Assembly: GCA_002633005.1 (NCBI GenBank)
Contig: NMRA01000172.1
Coordinates: 424,348 to 488,347 of the forward strand
Length of the DNA: 64,000 nt
Reading direction: 5' to 3'
From: Phoronis australis
Lineage: Eukaryota > Animalia > Phoronida
Shown here: in pieces, positions 52,825-64,000 of the stretch
How the letters are laid out: every line of letters starts with the position of its first letter
Numbering within the stretch: the stretch's first letter is position 1
Notes under the pieces: model-generated
The model's database searches: none
Told to the model about the DNA's origin: nothing
Seen by the model: the letters and a program-made list of their open reading frames with translations, nothing else
Position numbers and translations under genes: made by a program

Positions 52825-53320
52825 CTAAAAGAAACAGTTCGATAAACGTTTGTCACTGGTCACCACTTCTGGTATAGAATAGCTAATTATTTGCTAAATT
52901 TTAAAAGAGAAAAAAGTTACACTTTCACGTTGGTCATCTAAATAGAGGTTGCCGCTGTTCACTGAACGGTGAAAGACGCTGGGGTCGGTGCCACCGATAG
53001 ACTGAAGCTAGATTATCTCATTGAAATGTTATTTTTGCACACGTTCGGTAATATCCTACTAACAAAAGTTGTGGTGAGTAAATTTCAGTTAGTAAGACAG
53101 GTAGTGGAAAACAACACGGTACCAGAGGTGGTCTAGGGCAGTAAATGCTCACGTGATCCTTGGTAAATCGACCGAAACCTTCCTGCGATTTCCCCATTAC
53201 GTAAAGCACGATCGTGCGACGACTCAGGGGGAAAGTCGTTGCATTTAAAGGCTTACTTATATGTAACTGCTGCTGGACTACATATGTTTAAATACAACGT
53301 TGTTCTATAATCACTCTTAC

Positions 53321-53390
53321 CCAGTTAGTATAACCAGTCCACTGGTGCACTGCGTGAAGTTCTAGAAGCACTTCCGAAGTGTTGTCGTAA
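53321..53390 (-). CDS. KEN domain exon (YDNTSEVLLELHAVHQWTGYTNW)
   Basis: ctttag acceptor and GTAAGA donor; phase 2 to 0 links both neighbours. Confidence 0.82.
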
Positions 53391-53844
53391 CTAAAGCGAA
53401 ATCATTGAGACAAAATGAAAGATTTAATTGCCGATTTTATAAAGTACGTACGCAAATGCAACGCTGTGTTTTCCATAAGACCAGTATCTTACACCTGACG
53501 AAAGTGTAACTGATGTTCGTTGTACACATTGAATCAGTACACTGTACCTTCAAAACCAATGGTTACCGATAAAACTGGACGTTGCGACAGCCAGGAACTG
53601 CCAAACGTTACTCGAGGCTCTACAGCTGTGCTGCACTCTGCGAGTAGAATTTCCGGCAACTTGATAGGAAAATTTCCGAATCGAGTGTCGAATAAGGTCA
53701 CCTGGATATAGTTCAGTAGCTGTCTCGCGACTAAAAAATCTGAGCCAAAATCACGTTTTATTTAAAGTACACGACAGTATCTCACATAATCTTGCGAAGT
53801 CTTGCTTTTTAGAGAGGTACCAGCGTAGGTCCTCTAGCGTTACT

Positions 53845-54083
53845 GGGGCTCCATTCCAAGAAAACTGACTTAGCTATAAAGACAAATCTTAAGTTTGTAT
53901 CGAATTTATGATCAAATTTAAGTCAGTTCCAAGAAAGTGATCTTAGGTTTGAATTAAGTGTTTGACTTAAGTGTTTTTTTAAGTTTTACAAACTTAGTTG
54001 ATGTGGAAGCTTCAAAATTTGAAAGTTGACACAAATGTTAGACTTAAGTCAAAAATAAACTTAAGCCAGTTTCTTGGAAAGGG
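53845..54083. mobile_element. MITE of the family at 56400-56650
   Basis: ggggctccattccaagaaaactgactta...taagccagtttcttggaaaggg inverted ends. Confidence 0.7.
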
Positions 54084-54242
54084 ACAATAAACTCTCCGTT
54101 GGTTTCTGACTGCAATTTTCACTCGAGGCAAGTTATCAGAAAATTCCCTTGTAGACATGAACAGTGCAATGACAAGTTATGACAAAACAGCATATTAGGT
54201 AAATTATTACACTGTGTCAAACGAACAAGTCGCTGTACTAAC

Positions 54243-54320
54243 CTGCCCACCATGTCCAGTTCATGCCCCACTTTTTGAAGGAACGAGAATCTCCGTTTAT
54301 CCGCCCAGAAGTAGGGATGT
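54243..54320 (-). CDS. Kinase-KEN junction exon (HPYFWADKRRFSFLQKVGHELDMVG)
   Basis: HP(F/Y)FW...FL..VG.E motif typical of IRE1 and RNase L. Confidence 0.9.
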
Positions 54321-54862
54321 CTGAAAGACACAAATTAAACATTCTATTGGTGCGACACGTAAAACGTGACGTTTTTGTGAAGTGCTTTTGTACATGTATA
54401 CTAACCATCATAGTCCGTTTTTGCTAGTTCTTATTTAGTCGATGGCATACAAGTGGAGTAGTTTTGCTCCTCAAAATTTCTAGCTATTGCACCAGAAGGC
54501 TTGGCGTATTGCTTACATGTACAAACAATAATGACGCAATCAATCGCTAACTAAATCCAGTCAGAGCTTAGCGTGTCTCATCCCAGAGATATAAAGTATG
54601 AATACAAAATACATTTGGTTCTGGTCTGTGTACGCAAACAGTACAAACTGCGATTCACGACTTGCAAAAGCACACCCAAACCATTTTTGCGATTGTCTTT
54701 TTTTCAAAAGCTCCATAATAGATTAACATAATTTTGTGTCGACTCGGACATAATCACTGCCTGAAACGACCATGGATGAGTGACGTAGCTTGAGCAACGA
54801 GACCCCGTAGACGACAGCCCTGCCTGGTTCCCGGGTTTAACGCTAATGGGCGTGAAAGCTAC

Positions 54863-55002
54863 NNNNNNNNNNNNNNNNNNNNNNNNNNNNNNNNNNNNNN
54901 NNNNNNNNNNNNNNNNNNNNNNNNNNNNNNNNNNNNNNNNNNNNNNNNNNNNNNNNNNNNNNNNNNNNNNNNNNNNNNNNNNNNNNNNNNNNNNNNNNNN
55001 NN

Positions 55003-55039
<37 letters not shown>
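54863..55039. other. Assembly gap (140 N) followed by a 37-nt poly-G run
   Basis: Directly visible; lies in an intron of the kinase-KEN gene. Confidence 0.98.
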
Positions 55040-55040
<1 letters not shown>

Positions 55041-55191
55041 AGCGGTGTCCAACGATTTCGTATAAGTTCATAAATTCGAGAAATTGGAGTTTATCGCCAT
55101 GGCATATCTTGCTCTAGTACACACAGGAATTTTCACAGTACTGTATTAGCAATTCATGTAACAATGTATCACATTAGCAACTCTAACTTAC

Positions 55192-55474
55192 AAAAGACAC
55201 TCGGCAACTCCTTTCCTTTGGTCTGGGTTTGGATGTAGCATCCAGCCCAGCAAATGGAACATGGCGTCGTCAGTCACGTGGCAGGCCGCCATCCTGCCAT
55301 CACGGATGTTGTTAGAAATCTGCTTTGCATCTGGCCCACCGAACGGGTGCTTCCCTCCAGTGGCGACATAGTGAACTAACATCCCGGCAACCTGCACGTC
55401 GGCAATGAGCGACAACATGCAACCATTGCAGCTAGCGAACACGAAGCTTTCAGTCGATCTCCATATACAAGTTG
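55192..55474 (-). CDS. Kinase C-lobe exon (TCIWRSTE...ADVQVAGMLVHYVATGGKHPFG...WMLHPNPDQRKGVAECL)
   Basis: Subdomains VIII-XI; GGxHPFG is characteristic of IRE1-family kinases. Confidence 0.9.
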
Positions 55475-56399
55475 CTGTGAATGATAAAAACACAATAGAC
55501 ACCCAGCCTGCTCTGATGACCCTTTAGGATAGACAGCATGAGACGACATACTGTATACATAAAAGATTCTGGGATAGCCGTCATCCCGAGCAGCACAGCC
55601 GGTAGACGTAGATTAACGTATCATTAAGGCTTTACAGATCAATTTATTTCACTGGCATTGTAAACAGCCAGACTCAGTTTATCAAAGATATGAATAAACG
55701 GGTAGCAACTATCCAAAGTCAATTGCCAGATGGCATCTTGTATTTTCAGTGGATTCGGTGGCCTCGTGTCCCACACCGCTATCCGAAAAATAGCAGACGA
55801 GATAAATGGATCGCAATCTCGTTTACGCCGACGTTTTTGACTCCCGAATGGTACAAAAAAACGCCTACTAAATATCAAGTATCGAGTATATGTGACACGA
55901 CAAATGATATACTGACTGCCGCCATTTAAAATGCACGGGACTTGAGCATCAGTGTCGTTAGCGGTTGGGAGTTCGACCCCGGGCATGGCAGTTAGCTGGC
56001 AGTTGCATTGCCTTCCACGCAGTCGGTATTCGCTTTCACTATCATGAATCACATTGTGTGCCAAATGAAAACCATGTCCCTTGAGCCGCTGCTATGAGTG
56101 ATTATCACCAAATTCATGCCAGGCGTACATTTAAGCAGTATTTTGCCTTGTTTGTCTCGCTACTAACGTAAATCGAGTTTAAAATTTTACTCTCATAAAA
56201 TTGGACTCATAACATTCTTTACCGTAATATCATTCTATTTCCGTTACTAACAAGAATATTGAAACCATCAACGACTCAAGAAAACGCTTCAGAATTGTAG
56301 ATTGGGTTGGCCAACCCTAGTATTGCAGATTTAAAAATTTCGCATGAATGCGTTGCCTATGACTTAAGCTGCCAACGTATTTAACAACAATTCAAGATC

Positions 56400-56650
56400 G
56401 GGGTCTGTTCCAAGAAACTGACTTATGTTCATTTTTTACTTATGTCTACTAAGATTTGTCATAACTGCCAAACTTTGAAACGTCAACATTAGGCAAGATA
56501 ATTAAAATAAAGAGAAAAGTTGTCTCAAAATCAAAGGTTACACTTAAAGATCTCTTTCTTGAAACGATCTTGAGACAAATTAAAGTTTTAACGTAAAATT
56601 TACTAAAATTTAAGAGTTGTCTTAACTAAGTCAGTTTTTGGATAGGCCCC
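56400..56650. mobile_element. MITE with about 25-bp TIRs
   Basis: ggggtctgttccaagaaactgactta...taagtcagtttttggataggcccc. Confidence 0.8.
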
Positions 56651-56842
56651 GGATGGACATGGTAATACCAAAAAGAGCTTTGAACAACAACTCAACATTG
56701 ACAGATAAACAGTGGCCGGAAGAAAGTATTGGCTCATAAGCCATGTCGTAATTGCTTTTGGGCGAAACTGTTATGACATCGTAAACACCATAATGATAAT
56801 AATAATGATAACATATCAAATATTCCACACAAAAATACTTAC

Positions 56843-56951
56843 GTTTTGACAAAGGGCTCAAAACAGAAAACGCTCCCTCTGGAATTTGTTTGCATTTGGA
56901 AAATCCTGCGATCTTCAGAACGCCGTGCACGTCTATGAGCACACTGTCGGG
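56843..56951 (-). CDS. Kinase exon, subdomains VIb-VII (PDSVLIDVHGVLKIAGFSKCKQIPEGAFSVLSPLSK)
   Basis: Phase 0 to 1; GTAAGT donor; the DFG position reads GFS. Confidence 0.85.
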
Positions 56952-57289
56952 CTTTAAACAAAGATACAATCTAGAACACTGAATAGCATGTTTAGCCAAA
57001 CTGTGCGTAATTTTGTTTTTCAGAAACTAATAAGCTGAAGGTTCATCAGTCAAGTCAAAAGTGCCTTTGAATACACCTGTATTTGTCTCACACGCAGGTG
57101 ACTGCTACACCGATGACCGATCATCCACTATGAGACGTAAAACCATTCATCATTTTGCATGAGCAAGATTCGACGAAAAATCGCGCTTTAGGCAGACCCG
57201 TAGATCGGTGAACTGTCCCCAGTGTACTGGCGACCACCATGAGAACATGCAAGTAAGCTCCTACTCACGGTCGCTCCTTAACTGCTCAC

Positions 57290-57475
57290 CTTCAGATTCA
57301 GATGGGCGAAAAAGGACGCATGCATGGCGTGCAATCCCTGGAGTAACTGCACCACCAGGTAGCGCGACTTCTGCTGCAGGAGTCCCTCCATGTCTAGCTT
57401 GTGCACGTATTCCTTGAGGGTGTACTCGCCGAGTTCCATGCCCACATAAAGGAAGTGGTCGTCGCTCGTGCAATC
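57290..57475 (-). CDS. Kinase exon, subdomains IV-VIb (DCTSDDHFLYVGMELGEYTLKEYV...LLQGLHAMHASFFAHLNLK)
   Basis: FLYxxxELxxxTLxEYV and GLxxxH...HxxLK motifs. Confidence 0.9.
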
Positions 57476-59483
57476 CTGTGAGAACGAGACGTACATGTAT
57501 TGGGTATTCAATTGCAGCAAACATACAAATACTCATCAACAGTTCATACGTCAAGACAAGACATGTAGAGGTGAAGCAATTTGTCAATCCCAAATTGTCG
57601 CAACTGTAAAAGCTACTGTGTCTAGTTAATGAAACAGTCACAAATAGAGACACAACTGAGGTCCTTATCTGTCTTTCTTTACTCACAGATATTCTTTTTA
57701 TTCTATCAATTCAAATTATCATGAGCTCCTCTTTAACTGATAAAACGTTCTAATAAAAATACTAAAAACTGAATCCTGAATTCAGTGAACGTGAATAGGG
57801 GCGTTGCATGAAAAGATCCCTTCTTATTTTCGATGATATTGAGAATTTAACGTAGAGTTCAGTCTTGATTCGTATCAAAGTACTTAAGAAATGACTTAGT
57901 AGTGAAACTGAGACAACAAAAGAAACAACAATCCACGCTTTCACAAGTCCACAAATACGCACTAGATTTAGGGAACTCACTTTTGTCCCTATTTGCAACT
58001 GTTTCACGCAACCGGGCACTTTAACCTACAAACTGCAAACATTTCAGCACGCCAAATACATGTAGTGTCGCACTAATAATTAAAACACAAATGCGGCAAC
58101 AACTGGCAGGCTTGCAATTCGATAGAAGGAAAGTCAACTTCTTAAAACAAAACGAACTTCCAATGGCTACCTATTAACCTTCCTACGAGAAACTGGTATG
58201 ATGTGCAAAATGCTTCTATATGCAAGCATATCACTGGCTTGAGATCACTATGGGTGAACAGAGCCTAACCATAAATCGCACCATAGAAATGCAGGCTTAT
58301 CACTACTCTTGTAAACGTGCAAGATACCGGTACCTACCACAACGTGTACTCTTACGCCAATTCAGAAAGATGTTAACTTGGCCGACTTCTACGTAGTTGG
58401 ATCCTCATGATTACATAGAGCATTTTGTTTTGTGAAATTACATCTAATATTGTCCGTCCGTCCGAAACGAAAAACAGTTTCTCGTAGAACACCAATGGTT
58501 TTTTTCAAGACAGCACGCTAATTTGGGCCTTTTTGGAGTCATAGAACTGACTCATCGTTCGAACGATGCCTGAGAAGGTTTTCCTTGTTGTAAATTCTCG
58601 AAAAAATACGCAGTGGCCAGAAGAAAAAGGCAGTGGGGTCACCCCAGTTCACGAAATCGGAGACACAGTTTAGCGAAGCGACTGTCGCTAAGTTTAAAGC
58701 TATAAATTTCTCATCTTTACGCGATATTAATGTGGAGGATTCTTATCTTGCCACGGAAACCAGCGAAGCTTTTCCCGCTAAGAAGGCTGATCTGGCATCT
58801 GATTTTGTGATCAGGTAATTGCAAAAGGCAGATCAAACTTCTGATGACAGTTGAAATATGAATTTTCCGACCGCTCATCAAAGCTACATGTACCGTCTTT
58901 TGATCAGATGGCGTGTGAACGCTGTTTCAGGCTTCGAAGAATTGGCAACTCCGCTTTCGCCACCTGTTGGAGCTCACAAAAAGTGAGTGAGGCGATGTGT
59001 GACATCCACTTGTAATAATAACCGTGGCCTGAACGGGGATTTATTTACATTTTGGAACCATAAATAAAACTGGGGTCTCGTTCATTTGCGGAAACCGTAG
59101 TGTGGCTGGACAACACTACATGAGATGCACAGGTGTTGCAATGCATTGCCTCTATGGTGCATTGCCGGGCAGTCACGAATCAAGAGAACACGACCTTGAA
59201 TTTGACATTGTTCGGGGACATTAGATTGTAAAACATTGAAAAAACGTCAACGAAGTTTGTTCCTCAGCGGTTTAAATTGAGAGAAGTCGCGTGTTGTTAA
59301 GATAAGTGAGTTTGGAAGCGATGACAATAAGCATAGTCGTTGCTTATAATGAAACAATCGTCGTTTAGCTTGATCCTGAATACCAAATTAATAAGCCTCT
59401 ATAACTTGGGCTTAGATAGCAAAACGACACAGGCCAAATTGAAAGTCAGTTTGACTGCAGAAACAAAGTGAAGCGAAACTCAC

Positions 59484-59628
59484 CAAGAATTTGATTATAT
59501 TTTCATTCTTGACGTTTCCGATAAACTTCACCTCGTCCACTCCACTCTCAAGCCCAATGGGTATTCGCTTGATGGCGATTTCAGCGCCGTCTGTCCTTAC
59601 TCCCAGGAAAATGGTTGTATTTGTTTTA
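59484..59628 (-). CDS. Kinase N-lobe exon (KTNTTIFLGVRTDGAEIAIKRIPIGLESGVDEVKFIGNVKNENIIKFL)
   Basis: AIK lysine, alphaC glutamate, xxNII motif; GTGAGT donor. Confidence 0.88.
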
Positions 59629-59999
59629 CTGTCACACAAAATAATAGATTGGAAATTTTCAGTCACTTGTCAGAAATCCAAATATACGTTATCGTATATA
59701 CCCAGATTACTAATACTTCAGTCATGACAGGTCACATGGTAGTGAAATAGTGAACGTTCGCGAGTTTTTTTTTTGTTTGTTACAACACCTTCATAATCAA
59801 TCATAAAATGTGTCAAAACTAACGTCAGAATTATCCATTCAGGCCTGTTGTGTCATGCATTGAGATGTGTAAAATATTTCATATTCGTGTTCGACCAAAA
59901 GCCTCCGTTTCAATAAATATTTGTAATTTTATGTGGAATTGCATACAAAGATTTCAAAAATCTTTAAACACTGCGACAAAGCAAAAATTGTTCACATAC

Positions 60000-61973
60000 A
60001 TGTTTTTATGCAAGCAGAACACCTCTTCATGCAAGCACGTCTGCATGTTGCCAATCAGCTGCAGAATTCCCGCCTTTTTCTCGAGCATCACGCTGATCAA
60101 GTGCTGCCATCTCAGGCTGCAAGGAATTCTTGTCATCTGCTGTGGGAAAGAATAGAAGCAGGGGACCAGTTCGTGTCGATCGCGCAGAACTTGACCTGTC
60201 GGAAAGCAGTTTTCGAATCCCGGCGGAGGCTGCACTACAGCAGATAGGCCTGACACGCTCTTTTCCAGTGGTGACTTCTGTATCCAAGTAGACGTGCACC
60301 CTGTTATACAGTCATGTGCAATTCTCAGTGCTTGCTGAAGTGGAGCTCGTGAGGAAGCTGAGCTGAGTAGAGAACAGGGCTCGAAAGTCGACGTTCCCAC
60401 ATTTTCCCACGAGCGAGGAAATGTCGCGTGTATGGCGCTCACCTTTGTACCAGGAAGGGAAGCAAGATGTGCAACACTAGTCATCGTTGTCGCACATATT
60501 GACGTTCCCGTTACCGCATCAGCAACGGCATCGCTGCATAGATCATCATGGTAGCTAGGCACTTTTATGTTAAAGTGTTCGCCTTGGTTAGTTGTGCCCT
60601 TTACGACACTGCTAACCTCCGAAGTCATGTGCTGTGCTTTCCCAGTATCGTCGGAGTTGATAATTTTTGTCTGCGTGTCATAATCTGCGCAAAACGTAAA
60701 CGGACTCGTCGTACATGTCTGATCACCGCTGCGCAACTCTCGTTCGAGATCGAATGCGAACCGCACGCCGCCTGAATCTCCGCACTGTCTCCTGAAGTTG
60801 CTTTCGCAAGAGCAGAAGCTCACGCCGTCATACAAGCTTGGCATGAACTCTCCAATGAATGCACTTGCTGATGGAGTACTGATGCCTGGAGCGTTCAGGT
60901 TGTTAAGACTGTTATAGTACGGATACAGACAAGGGTCTACAAACACCCGTTTTGGATGATCTGGCTTTCTCGACATAGAAGGTAGCACCGGGCTTTGTGT
61001 TTCGTTTATCCAAGCCTGTTTGGGAGACGAAGGAAGGCTCGGAGGGTTCGACGAAACACAGTTTTCGTTCCAGTGCACAAGTTTTTGTGGCACGAATTCA
61101 TGGAACTTTGGTGAGAGACACGGAAGTTCCTTGCTCTTAACTTTGTTTGCGTAGCTCGGTGACACGTCTTTATCTGCATTGAGGTTCAACGTATTTTCAT
61201 CCTCTGTCCATTTTGCAATGTCGTTCGTAGGAGTGGTACACTTTTCTGTTTTAGAAATCGTCGCATTCTTTTCTGTCGGCGATTTTATTGAAGTAACCTC
61301 GAGTGATGAAACGTCCTCAGGTTTATTACGCTTGGTCGGTGACGGGATGCACGAGGGTCTATAGTCAACATGACGTTTTCCGCCGTTAGTGGAATCTATT
61401 ATTTTCAACGGTGACCTGTTGCGAGTAATCGCTGGCTTTATTTCACTTCTGACAGCTTCCTTCTTCTTTCGAATTCGTTTTCCAGTCACGCTTGCGTTTT
61501 CGTTATTCAGGCGTAGAGGCGACCGCGTACGGATATTTTTTAAACTAGAGTTTAGCCTGGATGTTTGGTTAGTTGAAGCAATGTCCCTCCGACCTGACAT
61601 CCCATTGGTGTTGCCATAGCAACGGCCAGGTTGTATTACCTTTATTCCACCGCACGCGCCCATGGAACTCTCGTCTACTTCCGTCTGTTCTTGGCGACTT
61701 TCGTCGGGGTCACTAGCAGCCTTCTTGGCCGCCCTCTTTTGCTTCCTGGTCATTTGAACAGTGAATGTGTCAAATGCCGTGTCTACGTCTATAAGATCTG
61801 CAGTGTTCATTCGCGGATTCACATCGTCGACGTTCATTTTGGCACGCCCAGTTTCACTCTTCAGGGAAACTTTTTCAGTCACAGACGAGCTCTCTGTATA
61901 CGTTAAACTGGGATTTGGTTTTGCATTGATTTCTTCTTCACTGGGTCCTTTTCGTTTTCGTTTTTGGGTTTTC
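60000..61973 (-). CDS. Giant 1974-bp exon: basic, S/T/P-rich low-complexity region leading into the kinase N-terminus
   Basis: Lies within the 681-aa ORF; aaacag acceptor and AT|GTATGT donor, phase 2-2. Confidence 0.85.
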
Positions 61974-62203
61974 CTGTTTGATAAATTAAAATTTGTCAAT
62001 TGAGAAACCCATGACTAGTAAAATGGTGTTTTTAGAAAATAAAGTGTAGAAAACTGAGAACAATCACTTAAAAACATGAAAAATGAAGTATAAGAAACAA
62101 TGAATAACAGTTAACCAAGAACCTAAAATTCGCGCATCAAGAACGTTTACGTATGCTGTTGAAATAAAAGCACATTCAAATGTTATTCCAAAGAGTCGGT
62201 CAC

Positions 62204-62949
62204 CTTTTTTCTCTCTTCTTCTCAGCTCTTCTTTTCGTCTCTTCTTCCTCCTCTAGCAGCGTTTTCATGTTTTCTTCGCTGACCGTTGCCTTAAGCGTCC
62301 GATGAACTTCGTCGACGAGTGTTGTTAACTTCGCAAAGTTGCTTTCTAGAGCATTCTTGGGTATACATGTAGGTCGACCAAATGCCTTTGGCAAGTATTT
62401 GTAAAAATCTAACACATCTGTGCATATAGACTGAATAAACCGCAAGTACTGACTCCATGGACTTTCCGTGCACGTTGCTCTGGTCTTTCTGTGAACATGG
62501 TCGAAGGACTTAATGAGCACCTTGCAATTGGCAAACATCCACTGTTTCCCTACAGATGTCGTACTGGCAGAAATCGTCGCCGTGGTGGCGCACAAGTGAA
62601 TTATATCCAGGTCGCCGACACGAGAATCCTCACTCGCGTACTTGCCCGATTTGGTGAGCATGTTCACTAGTATCTTACTGGCTTCTGACGTGATGTACAA
62701 ATCTACGAATCTTTGGTCGTTGTGGAGAAGACAGAACGACAACAACAGGAGGCAACACTGTGCTAAAAGAACGTTGCTCGTCATAGAATTGTTGGGGAGG
62801 GAGGGTGTCCTCAAGAGACACTCGAAAACACTAGACTCGAACAGCACGTCCCGGACGTCGGATATGAGAGCCATTGACACCACGTTTGCTATTATTGCAA
62901 AGACGATTTCCGGATTTTTTACGCCTTTGCGTATGAGTTTAATTCGCCT
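62204..62949 (-). CDS. Leu/Cys-rich helical (ARM-like?) exon ending in an acidic-basic coiled coil (LLEEEEETKRRAEKKREKR)
   Basis: tttctgcag acceptor and AG|GTGACC donor; 248 open codons. Confidence 0.82.
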
Positions 62950-63432
62950 CTGCAGAAATATAATAAAAGTTCGGCTTTGTGAGTCATTATTATACCATTA
63001 TAGATGCTAAATATTAAATGCTATTCTTCGTATCAATAACAAACACTAACTTGAGAGAGAAGCAACTATTATTTTGTCCTTGATCTCACGAATACATGTC
63101 AAAATGGCAGAGGTCTTTTGCAAAAGTACAACAGCAATAGTGATTTTGATAGTTCAGTGTATTTCGTTGAAACTGTAACCGCACAGAGATGCAAGTAGAT
63201 CATGGGCAAGCAGTGACTGTTGCAGGCATCGCAATTCGATACCTAGTGTTAAGCCAAGTCAAAGATTACGCAAGTCCACCGAGGGTGTTTCACGTTGTAC
63301 TCTTATGTTCGGCTACAATATGCTTTTTCAGGGACTTAATTTATCATATTTAGAACAGTGACGACACAGTGAATAGTTGTTAATGTTTGACGACCATAAA
63401 GTGATGCTATCTAAGATAGAAGTGGCCCAAAC

Positions 63433-63603
63433 TTCACAACCTGGCTCTTTCCATTTCTTGTCAGTTTTTAGCATTTCTGTACCGGCCTTACTTTTTGAAG
63501 GCTCTTCCTTACCGTTCCTCGTCCCTCTCTTCCATTTTGGATCCGTCCTTCTCTTCAATAGACCATTCATAAGCTGGATGATAAAGCCTGTTGAGAGCGT
63601 TAT
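63433..63603 (-). CDS. Probable linker exon (ITLSTGFIIQLMNGLLKRRTDPKW...); donor position uncertain
   Basis: gtttag acceptor, phase 0. The phase-0 donor at 63433 is weak, and stronger phase-1 donors exist (e.g. 63513). Confidence 0.5.
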
Positions 63604-63816
63604 CTAAACAGTTTTTATATTACCGTTTCAACGGGTTGGTTTACACGAAATGCTTAAACATGAAAACGTATCCCTGAGGACGGGGTATTGGTAGAAATAC
63701 CTTAAACAACGTTTCTTATGCCCCATGATAAGTCTAGCAGCAACAGGTGAACAGTGCATATACTTTATGACAGAGATTTCATTTGATACATGTACCTAGA
63801 CTTGGTCGTCTCTTAC

Positions 63817-63924
63817 TTTGATGTGTTTCTGTATCTGTCCTCTCTGCATAATAACCGCGAGTAAATAATTGAAACACTCCTTAGTAGCATATATGAACGC
63901 CCAACAAATCGCTGTTAGTCCGTC
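63817..63924 (-). CDS. Ankyrin-repeat exon (DGLTAICWAFIYATKECFNYLLAVIMQRGQIQKHIK)
   Basis: ttattccag acceptor and AAA|GTAAGA donor; fits the ankyrin consensus dGxTpLhwAxxxgxxexvxyLL. Confidence 0.7.
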
Positions 63925-64000
63925 CTGGAATAACAAATAATAAGCTATGAGCGCCGTAAAGTAGGTCTATCATCGAAAATTGACATCTTCAAATAAAACA

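Larger units (their letters stand above)
51256..63924 (-). other. Gene span (5'-truncated by the window edge): ankyrin / helical / pseudokinase / KEN protein, RNase L- and IRE1-like
   Basis: Twelve exons identified; the ten from 62949 downward join unambiguously in frame. Kinase-fold motifs are followed by KEN motifs HPYFW, YxxTxxDLVRF, DPxLYF, PxLFLxVY. Confidence 0.85.

Noticed and set aside
53546-53701. Open segment with AG/GT ends inside the KEN region
   Set aside because: Not KEN-like, and the 54243 to 53390 junction already keeps frame and alignment.
54843-55073. Poly-Pro/poly-Gly ORFs
   Set aside because: Artefacts of the N gap and poly-G run; the flanking exons join in frame without an exon here.
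51256-59628. Calling the kinase-KEN gene a canonical IRE1/ERN1
   Set aside because: No TM segment is evident upstream of the kinase, the catalytic motifs are lost, and an ankyrin repeat is present.
63290-63370. C2H2-like pattern CRHC...LKKHIVAEH on the minus strand
   Set aside because: Needs a frameshift and is bounded by stops; likely chance.

Overview
AT-rich eukaryotic genomic DNA, probably an invertebrate metazoan (inferred, not established), with GT-AG introns, many small transposon remnants and microsatellites, and one 140-N gap. I assembled three spliced genes by hand from splice sites and reading-frame phases. (1) A minus-strand KIF12-like kinesin (about 162/205 to 33342, possibly to 39582) with a complete motor domain. 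It has several phase-compatible alternative first exons, an in-frame 60-bp exon-end duplication, and a 431-codon intronic exon that could splice onto only the second half of the motor. (2) A plus-strand small, probably secreted protein (about 43775-50325) with two 4-cysteine fibronectin-type-I/VWC-like modules. (3) A minus-strand gene (51256 to beyond 63924, running off the window) with an ankyrin repeat, a helical/coiled-coil region, a giant disordered exon, a pseudokinase and a KEN ribonuclease domain. This is an RNase L-like architecture, but its KEN catalytic R-N-x3-H motif reads S-H-x3-H. Family assignments rest on recalled consensus motifs; no database search was run.
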